Positions 10,018 to 17,069 of a DNA stretch of 32,000 nt are shown one piece after another. Below the pieces are notes generated by a model that worked only from the letters and a program-made list of their open reading frames with translations, was not told the DNA's origin and made no database searches. The first letter of the stretch is position 1. Each line of letters begins with the position of its first letter. The stretch lies in assembly GCF_035285525.1 (NCBI RefSeq), contig NZ_JAYKGW010000124.1, positions 1-32,000 on the forward strand, given 5' to 3'. This DNA is from Okeania sp. (GTDB taxonomy: Bacteria > Cyanobacteriota > Cyanobacteriia > Cyanobacteriales > Microcoleaceae). The position numbers and the translations under genes are program-made.

Positions 10018-11535
10018 ATGTTTATAACTGACTCTCAGCTACTCTCTTTTCAACGTTGTTCCAGAAAAGCATTTTTAGATGTTTATGGAAACTGGAAACA
10101 ACAAGAATCTCCCACTGATTTTCTCCAGAAACTCATTAGAGATAGTTCGGAATTTAGAGCTAGCATTATTAATAATTATAACTATCAAGAACCAGACTAT
10201 CCTCACGGAAATTTAATTGCCGGATTAAAAGCTACAGAACTATTAATGACAGAAGGTGTTGATGTTATTTACAAAGGCATATTAATGATACAGAAATCTG
10301 CCATAAAATTAGCTCCACAAAATCAAATACAGAATCATAATTTTCCAGCAATTAATTTTGTCAGTCATCCAGATTTATTGATTAAACAACCAGGAGATTC
10401 TCGGTTTGGTAATTGGATTTATATTCCCACAGATATTAAGTTGAGCAAACGTCCTAAATTAGAGTATCAAATAGTTGGTGCTTTCCATGCTCAAATATTA
10501 GGTAATATTCAAGAATGTTTGCCAGAAACTGCTAGATTAATTCTCCGCACAAAAAGATTATATGAAGTTAATTTAACACAGCGACTTGAGCAAATGCAGA
10601 AAACTATTTCTGAGTTAATTAATATGCTGCAAAATTGTCAAGAACCAGAAGTATTTATTTCTCGGCAAAAATGTCATTTTTGCACTTGGTATAATAGCTG
10701 CCATGCTGTTGCAGAAACTCAAAAACATTTATCTCTTTTACCGGGAGTTACATCTAATAGATATAGTGTGTTGAAGAGCTTAAATTTAACAAATTTAGAA
10801 TCTTTAAGTAAAACTAATCCTGATGATTTAGAATGTCACCCAGAATTTGCCGATGGAGTCGGAGTACAAGTTGTTCAACAAGCTCAATCTGTTTGGGAAA
10901 ATAAAGTAATTCTGAGAAATAGAAACTTGACCGAAAAAACAGACAATCAAACTTTACCAATTGTTTTTAATCCATTAAATAAGTTAGTCAATGCACCAGT
11001 AGAATTATATTTCGATATTGAAGCTCAACCAGATATTAACCTAGATTATTTACATGGTGTTTTGGTAGTTGATAAACGCTATAACACAGAAAAATTTTAT
11101 GTTCATTTAGCCGAAAATCCTCTAGATGAAAAATTAATTTGGCATCAATTTTTAGACTTAGTATGGAAATATCCTATCGCTCCAATATATCACTTCTGTG
11201 AATATGAAATTAAAACAGTAAAAAGATTAGCTAAACTCTATCAAACTCCAACTTACCTATGGAAACCATTATTAAAAAGATTTGTAGATGTTCATCAAGT
11301 TATTACTCAAACTATTACATTGCCCATAGAAAGTTATGCTCTCAAAAATATTGCCCGTTGGTTAGGTTTTGAATGGCGAAACCCCGAAGCTAATGGTGCT
11401 CAATCTGTTTGTTGGTATGAACAATGGTTAAAAACAGGCGATCGCTCTTTATTAGATGAAATTATTACTTATAATCAAGATGATTGTTATGCTACTTATT
11501 ATATTAAAGAATGGTTGTCAAAGTTTAATGAATAA
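10018..11535 (+). CDS. TM0106-family RecB/Cas4-like putative nuclease fused to an RNase H-like (YprB/DnaQ-type) exonuclease domain
   Basis: 505 aa. N-terminal Cys14 (QRCSRKAFLDVYG). PD-(D/E)XK motifs HPDLLI and PTDIKLS. Cys cluster C-x2-C-x5-C (CHFCTWYNSC, nt 10672-10701) as in Cas4/AddB Fe-S nucleases. HhH-like LSLLPGV. C-terminal YFDIE ... CEYE ... NQDDC exonuclease-like motifs. Confidence 0.8.
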   Translation: MFITDSQLLSFQRCSRKAFLDVYGNWKQQESPTDFLQKLIRDSSEFRASIINNYNYQEPDYPHGNLIAGLKATELLMTEGVDVIYKGILMIQKSAIKLAPQNQIQNHNFPAINFVSHPDLLIKQPGDSRFGNWIYIPTDIKLSKRPKLEYQIVGAFHAQILGNIQECLPETARLILRTKRLYEVNLTQRLEQMQKTISELINMLQNCQEPEVFISRQKCHFCTWYNSCHAVAETQKHLSLLPGVTSNRYSVLKSLNLTNLESLSKTNPDDLECHPEFADGVGVQVVQQAQSVWENKVILRNRNLTEKTDNQTLPIVFNPLNKLVNAPVELYFDIEAQPDINLDYLHGVLVVDKRYNTEKFYVHLAENPLDEKLIWHQFLDLVWKYPIAPIYHFCEYEIKTVKRLAKLYQTPTYLWKPLLKRFVDVHQVITQTITLPIESYALKNIARWLGFEWRNPEANGAQSVCWYEQWLKTGDRSLLDEIITYNQDDCYATYYIKEWLSKFNE

Positions 11536-11685
11536 TGAATAATTAATAATTAATAATTGAGGATAAAAATTACAGCATATTCCATCTTAGCATGGTACAG
11601 ATATGACAGCCTAGAAGACTATTTTACAGAGGTTTTATAATTAATATTTGCACAACATAAACTTAGAATATGCTGTATTTCTAAT

Positions 11686-11978
11686 TAGGGCTTGCTGAAA
11701 AAGTGTTTTTAGGAGATGGGGTGATAGAGTGGTAGGGTGATGGAGAGTAAACTTTTTTGCCCAAATCTTGCACAAAATTCTAGCTTTTTGAACATGAATA
11801 GCTAGAGCAAAAAGAAAACAATTTCCTCAATATTTTCTTTCTAAAAAGGTCAAAAATTTAGAATATTTGGTTGACATGAGCCAGAAAAATTAAGGGATAA
11901 TGCTTTCTCCTACCTTCTCTAAATTCCACATTTATCCTGACTTATTCCCTGACCAGAGACTTTATTCAGCAAACCCTA
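11686..11978. mobile_element. MITE-like element, family A
   Basis: TAGGGCTTGCTGAAAAAGTG at the left is the inverted complement of TTATTCAGCAAACCCTA at the right. 293 bp with no ORF. It shares internal blocks with the other family A copies. Confidence 0.65.
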
Positions 11979-12024
11979 ATTGTTAATTATTAATTATTGA
12001 AAATAGCCATAAGAATTGCCAAAT

Positions 12025-13149
12025 ATGAACAACAAAAAAAATCCCATATATCAATACTTAATTTTTACCTTAATTATTTGCTTATTTATTATTGTAACTA
12101 CAGCCATAGTTATTAAATCAATGACTCAAGCAAGTATCCCTAAAATAACTTTTTTAGGAGAGGTAAATTTTCCCACAGGTTTCAAATTTAAAAATACAGA
12201 ACTAGGCGGACTTTCTGGCATAACCTATAATCCAGAAAAACAAATTTATTATGCTATTTCTGATGACCGTAGCAGTAAAGCACCAGCTAGGTTTTATACT
12301 CTAAAAATTGACCTAAAACCAGATAAAATATCAGAAGAAACTGTAACCTTTATAGATGTCACAACTTTATTAAATGAAACAGGTCAACCATTTCCTTCCT
12401 TGAGTATTGACCCAGAAGGAATTACTTTTAACAAAACTAATTTATTTATCTCTTCTGAAGGAGATAAAAAACGTCAAATACAACCATTTATTAGAGAATT
12501 TTCTCTAGAAGGTAAACAAATACGAAACTTGCCAATTCCCGAAAAGTTTCTCATCGAACCTGAAACTGGAATCAGAAATAATATGGCTTTAGAAAGTTTA
12601 ACTATTACCCCTAGTCAAAAATATCTCTTTACTGCCACAGAAAATGCTTTACTTCAAGATGGTGCAGCAGCAACTATTTCCAATGGTAGTTATTGTCGAA
12701 TTTTACAGTATAATTTAATTGAAGATCAGCCAGAAAAAGAATTTCTATATATCACAGAACCTATTATTTCTAAATCTAATAATTCAAGTAAATTTCAGAC
12801 TAATGGTTTAGTAGAATTAATAGCATTAGATGATACTCATCTCTTAAGTTTAGAAAGGTCTTTTTCTCTAGACACTGGAAATGTAATTAAACTATTTCAA
12901 ATTAACTTGTCAAATGCAGATAATATTCAACAAATTAATAGTTTAAATACTCAATTTAATAATATTTCTCCCGTACAAAAAGAATTACTCTTAGATTTGA
13001 GCAGCCTAGAATTAATTTCAGATAATATAGAAGGCATGACTCTTGGCCCAACTTTAGCCACTGGTCGGCGATCGCTCATCCTAATCAGCGATAATAACTT
13101 TAATCCTCTACAATTGACTCAGGTTCTGATTTTCAGCACCAACCTCTAG
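12025..13149 (+). CDS. Esterase-like activity of phytase family protein (PF13449-like), N-terminal membrane anchor or signal
   Basis: The ORF has a TM/signal segment (IYQYLIFTLIICLFIIVTTAIVI). LGGLSGITYNPEKQIYYAISDDRS, IDPEGI, ESLTITP, GLVELIAL and NIEGMTLGP match this beta-propeller-like family. I chose the ATG at 12025; a TTG at 12016 is an alternative start. Confidence 0.75.
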   Translation: MNNKKNPIYQYLIFTLIICLFIIVTTAIVIKSMTQASIPKITFLGEVNFPTGFKFKNTELGGLSGITYNPEKQIYYAISDDRSSKAPARFYTLKIDLKPDKISEETVTFIDVTTLLNETGQPFPSLSIDPEGITFNKTNLFISSEGDKKRQIQPFIREFSLEGKQIRNLPIPEKFLIEPETGIRNNMALESLTITPSQKYLFTATENALLQDGAAATISNGSYCRILQYNLIEDQPEKEFLYITEPIISKSNNSSKFQTNGLVELIALDDTHLLSLERSFSLDTGNVIKLFQINLSNADNIQQINSLNTQFNNISPVQKELLLDLSSLELISDNIEGMTLGPTLATGRRSLILISDNNFNPLQLTQVLIFSTNL

Positions 13150-13544
13150 TTACTGGAGAGTACAAAGTTCTCCTAAAAGATGATTTGCTTTTAAGGCTGA
13201 AAGGATTACTGGAAAGTGCTTACAGCACCTACAGTCATAAATAAAAAGTTTCCAATCTTTAAGATAGCTGAAAGCCTTAGCTAGCAATATTTATTCCTAG
13301 AACTTTGCACTGTTCAGTCTATTTATTAAAATCAACATTCAAAATTTAAAATTTCAAAGTAATATAAAGCTGGCCGACACAAACAAGAAACCAGGTTTAT
13401 GAGCTAAATCATTCTTCTCAAAATCAGGAAACTTTGTGGATAAACCCTGTTTCTGCCTAGGTTCTCAAAGATTCAAAAAAAAATTTCCAGAAATGCTTGA
13501 CAAATAAAAAAGAATACGCAACAATAGTATATGGCATGGAGAAA

Positions 13545-13618
13545 GGGACTGTAGTTCAATTGGTTAGAGCACCGCCCTGTCACGGCGGAAGTTGCGGGTT
13601 CGAGCCCCGTCAGTCCCG
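13545..13618 (+). tRNA. tRNA-Asp (anticodon GTC)
   Basis: Cloverleaf folded by hand. Acceptor GGGACTG/CAGTCCC, D arm GTTC..GAGC, anticodon stem CCGCC/GGCGG with loop CTGTCAC, T arm GCGGG-TTCGAGC-CCCGT, discriminator G. CCA is not encoded. Confidence 0.95.
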
Positions 13619-13672
13619 TAAAAAACGAAAAAATAACAAATTAAAGACTTGTTATTCTTTAAATTATCCACC

Positions 13673-13704
13673 ATTCCCCAACTTTTAGTAGGGGAATTTT
13701 TTTT
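13673..13704 (+). terminator. Rho-independent terminator after tRNA-Asp
   Basis: Stem ATTCCCC/GGGGAAT with an 11-nt loop, followed directly by a run of 8 T. It lies 55 nt downstream of the tRNA. Confidence 0.6.
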
Positions 13705-14140
13705 GACTCAGAACTTTGTATTATCCAGTTATATCAAATCTGCTGGCATAGGAGAATAAAATCCCACCATCAGTATTGGAGAAAATTATTAGTTTGTAGA
13801 GGGTTTGGAGACCAAACCCCTACGGTCTTGAATTATACCAATACTAACGGATTTAATATTATCTGACCATGTAAGTAGGGTTTGCGCTCAAAAGTCTTTT
13901 TTTCAGGGGAGGAGTCAGAATCCAGAATCCAGGAGGAATGAGAATCATAGAAGAGGTAACTAAAAGAATCTTCCTTCCCTTAATTTTCTACCCCTATCTT
14001 TACTTACTTGCCCAAAATCCTAGAATGCATGATTTTTTGGGAACCGTACTGGGCTCGCCTAAAAGCTGGTACTTTAATTAGTGCAATAGATTTTTGTTGG
14101 GTTGAGGAACGAAACAAGGGCAAAAATCTTTCTCCCCTAT

Positions 14141-14160
14141 GGACGTTGCATGCAACGTCC
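14141..14160. repeat. Perfect 20-bp palindrome GGACGTTGCATGCAACGTCC (member of a dispersed palindrome family)
   Basis: It is its own reverse complement. Degenerate or split relatives occur at about 25335-25360 (GGACGTTGCATCCAACGTC) and 21963-22018 (GTAGGGACGTT[insert]CAACATCCCTAC). Confidence 0.7.
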
Positions 14161-14352
14161 CTACTCCCCCACTCCCTAATGCACATTTTTAGGTGAAAAG
14201 ATTATAGAAAGTTGGCTTGAGATTGCTTTCGGTCCGGAATGCTACGCAAACACGATCGTTGGCAATGAAAAATAATCATGCACTATTTTCAGTGAAACAG
14301 TCCAGTAGTATACTGTTCCCAGTTAAGTGTTCCCTATTCCCTAGCAAAAATA

Positions 14353-16527
14353 ATGAATCTGAAAATCTTACCTGGTCATAGTTTTCCCATTGGTGCTACT
14401 GTCTGTAAAACTCCCAAAGGAGTCAACTTTTCTATTTACTCCAAAAATGCCACAGCAATAGAATTACTACTATTCGATAAACCATTAGCAGCTAAACCAG
14501 AACGAGTAATTTTACTAGACCCAAAACAACACAAAACCCATCATTACTGGCACATTTTTATTTCTGAGATTGGAGCCGGACAAATATATGCTTATCGAGT
14601 TTATGGACCATTGAACCCAGAAAAAGGTCATCGGTTTGATGGGACAAAAGTATTACTCGATCCTTACGCTAGAGTCGTAGTAGGACAAGAAAAATATAGT
14701 CGTGAAGCTGCGATGGGTGATGGTGATAATTGTGCTTACGCTCTCAAAGCGGTAGTAGCAGACCCAACTACTTATGACTGGGAAGACGATCAACCTTTGG
14801 AAACCCCTTATGCTATCACAGTTATTTATGAAATGCACATTGGTGGATTTACTCGTAATCCTAATTCTGGTGTTACTCCCGAAAAACGCGGTACTTTTGC
14901 TGGATTAATCGAAAAAATTCCTTATCTCCAAGAATTAGGAATTACTGCAGTAGAATTATTACCTGTACAACAATTTGATGAACAAGATGTGCGCGAACCT
15001 CTAATTAATTATTGGGGTTATAGTCCGATCGCTTTTTTTGCTCCTCACCACAGTTATAGTTCTCGCCAAGATGTTTTCGGACCGATGAATGAGTTTCGAG
15101 ATATGGTGAAAGCTTTGCATAAAGCAGGAATAGAGGTGATTTTGGATGTGGTGTTTAATCACACTGCGGAGGGTAATGAAAAGGGACCGACTGTTTCTTT
15201 CCGGGGGTTGGAAAATTCGACTTACTACATTTTGGAAGCGGATGATTCTAATTTATACACCAATTATAGTGGTTGTGGCAATACTTTCAATACTAATAAT
15301 CCTTTTGTACATCGTTTAATTGTTGACTGTCTTGCTTACTGGGTGAGGGAAATGCACGTGGATGGATTTCGGTTTGATTTAGCATCTGTTATGTCTCGGA
15401 GTGTGACTGGAGACCCGTTAGAAGATCCTCCCGTTTTGTGGGCAATTGAGTCTGACCCAATTTTGGCAGGAACTAAGATTATTGCGGAAGCTTGGGATGC
15501 AGCAGGACTTTATCAGGTAGGGTCGTTTATAGGCGATCGCTTTGCCGAATGGAACGGACATTATCGAGATGATGTGCGTCAGTTTGTTAAGAGCGATGCC
15601 AAAATAATTGATAAGTTGGCAGCTAGAATTATGGGTAGTCCTGATATTTATCCTCAACCAGACCGAGAACCAAATCATAGTATTAATTTTATTACTTGCC
15701 ATGATGGTTTTACTTTAAATGATTTAGTTTCTTATAATGAGAAACATAATGAGGCAAATTGTGAGGATAACCGAGATGGTGCTAATGATAATTTTAGTTG
15801 GAATTGTGGAATTGAAGGAGTTGCAAATTCACAGGAAATTGAGCTATTAAGACTGCGACAAATCAAGAATTTTTTCACTATCTTATTTTTTTCCCAGGGT
15901 ACACCAATGATTTTGATGGGAGATGAAGTCAGACGAACTCAATTGGGTAATAATAATGGTTATTGTCAGAATAATGAACTTAGTTGGTTTGATTGGAGTC
16001 AAATTGACAAACAAGCTGATTTATTAAGGTTTGTCAAAGGGATTATTAATTTTACCCAAGAGTTAGAAATTATGCGAGTAGATCGGGTTTTAGAAACTGT
16101 GGGAGCAGGGACTCCAGAATTATCTTTGGTCACAGAGGAACAGAAAGTTAATCCGAGTGAAGTACCTAATATTAGTTGGCATGGAGTACGTTTGGGTGAA
16201 CCTGACTGGTGGGAAGATTCTCGGAGTTTAGCTTTTAGTTTAAGGTATCCAGGACAACCTTCTGCTATTTCCCAGGAGCAGAAAGGAGGTGAGTATTTTC
16301 ATATTATGTTAAATGCTTATTGGAAACCTCTAATGTTTGAGTTACCACCTTTGGAAAAGGGGAAAAGTTGGTATTTGATTATTAATACAGCTTTTTCCTC
16401 TCCTAGAGATTTTAATAATTTGGATGCAGCGATCGAGGTTATTGGTATTAGGTATCGGGTTGAACCGCGATCTGTTGTGGTTTTGATGGCGAAATTAGGT
16501 GGTTCAGTAGTCAATTGTTTCAGCTAA
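14353..16527 (+). CDS. glgX: Glycogen debranching enzyme (isoamylase-type GH13)
   Basis: 724 aa with an N-terminal CBM48-like region. GH13 conserved regions are VILDVVFNHT, DGFRFDLA, IAEAWD and FITCHDGFTL, plus YEMHIGGFT and GITAVELLPV. Confidence 0.92.
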   Translation: MNLKILPGHSFPIGATVCKTPKGVNFSIYSKNATAIELLLFDKPLAAKPERVILLDPKQHKTHHYWHIFISEIGAGQIYAYRVYGPLNPEKGHRFDGTKVLLDPYARVVVGQEKYSREAAMGDGDNCAYALKAVVADPTTYDWEDDQPLETPYAITVIYEMHIGGFTRNPNSGVTPEKRGTFAGLIEKIPYLQELGITAVELLPVQQFDEQDVREPLINYWGYSPIAFFAPHHSYSSRQDVFGPMNEFRDMVKALHKAGIEVILDVVFNHTAEGNEKGPTVSFRGLENSTYYILEADDSNLYTNYSGCGNTFNTNNPFVHRLIVDCLAYWVREMHVDGFRFDLASVMSRSVTGDPLEDPPVLWAIESDPILAGTKIIAEAWDAAGLYQVGSFIGDRFAEWNGHYRDDVRQFVKSDAKIIDKLAARIMGSPDIYPQPDREPNHSINFITCHDGFTLNDLVSYNEKHNEANCEDNRDGANDNFSWNCGIEGVANSQEIELLRLRQIKNFFTILFFSQGTPMILMGDEVRRTQLGNNNGYCQNNELSWFDWSQIDKQADLLRFVKGIINFTQELEIMRVDRVLETVGAGTPELSLVTEEQKVNPSEVPNISWHGVRLGEPDWWEDSRSLAFSLRYPGQPSAISQEQKGGEYFHIMLNAYWKPLMFELPPLEKGKSWYLIINTAFSSPRDFNNLDAAIEVIGIRYRVEPRSVVVLMAKLGGSVVNCFS

Positions 16528-16530
16528 CGT

Positions 16531-16559
16531 GTAGGTTGGGTTGAGGAACGAAACCCAAC
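16531..16559. repeat. Dispersed hairpin repeat GTAGGTTGGGTTGAGGAACGAAACCCAAC (family E)
   Basis: 8-bp stem GTTGGGTT/AACCCAAC with a 9-nt loop, 4 nt after the glgX stop. Related copies occur at about 14096-14125 and 29456-29550 (split by an insert), and it is the building block of the 4426-5027 array. Confidence 0.7.
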
Positions 16560-16562
16560 ATG

Positions 16563-16683
16563 AGTGGATTGTTTCTTCTTAAATGGTGCATTACTTTTTG
16601 ATTGTATCTAGACAAGGAAGACAAGGAAGACAAGGTAGCAAGAGAGAAAATCTAATGCACTATTTTAGGTGAAACAATCCACT
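16563..16683. mobile_element. MITE-like element, family F, with about 31-bp inverted ends and an internal (GGAAGACAA)x3
   Basis: AGTGGATTGTTTCTTCTTAAATGGTGCATTA is near-complementary to TAATGCACTATTTTAGGTGAAACAATCCACT. A second copy at 29302-29423 shares the CTAGACAAGGAAGACAAGGAAGACAAGGT core. Confidence 0.6.
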
Positions 16684-17069
16684 ACTAGACTATCGTATTT
16701 ATGCTTAGAAAAAAAAATCGGTAAGTTCACGGATGACATTTTTAATTATCCTGAATTATCTTTGTTATTAAGGGAATTAAAATTTATAACTATACTATAT
16801 TTATTGTCTGATCATAAAAATATTAGAAAGTAACAATTATATCAAATCCGGATAATCAGTGATAAAAAAACTTTTTCTTTTTGAACCAATTTTCTCTTCT
16901 GCCTCTCCCCTTTGAAAGGGGTGAGGAAGGATTACCTCTACCTTCCTCTAAAGTGTAACTATTCAACCGGAATTTTTTTTACTTTCCTTGCTTATAAAAT
17001 AAAAAATCAGACTGAATATCTAACTCTGAAGGCGTATCTACCAACAATCACCTTCTAGGAGAAAGAAAA

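Noticed and set aside
13497-13530. A sigma70-type promoter for tRNA-Asp (TTGACA at 13497-13502, TAGTAT at 13525-13530)
   Set aside because: The hexamers are good, but the spacer is 22 nt rather than about 17, so I do not report it as a feature.
13497-13688. 63-aa ORF overlapping tRNA-Asp
   Set aside because: It reads straight through a well-folding tRNA gene and its terminator.
14004-14196. ORFs 14004..14186(-) and 14008..14196(+)
   Set aside because: They overlap each other on opposite strands and are composed of dispersed repeat sequence: a partial family A MITE, a family E hairpin and the 20-bp palindrome.
13545-14352. tRNA-Asp as the attachment site of an integrated island
   Set aside because: I found no direct repeat of the tRNA 3' end downstream, and no integrase. 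The flanking genes (phytase-like, glgX) look like ordinary chromosomal genes.
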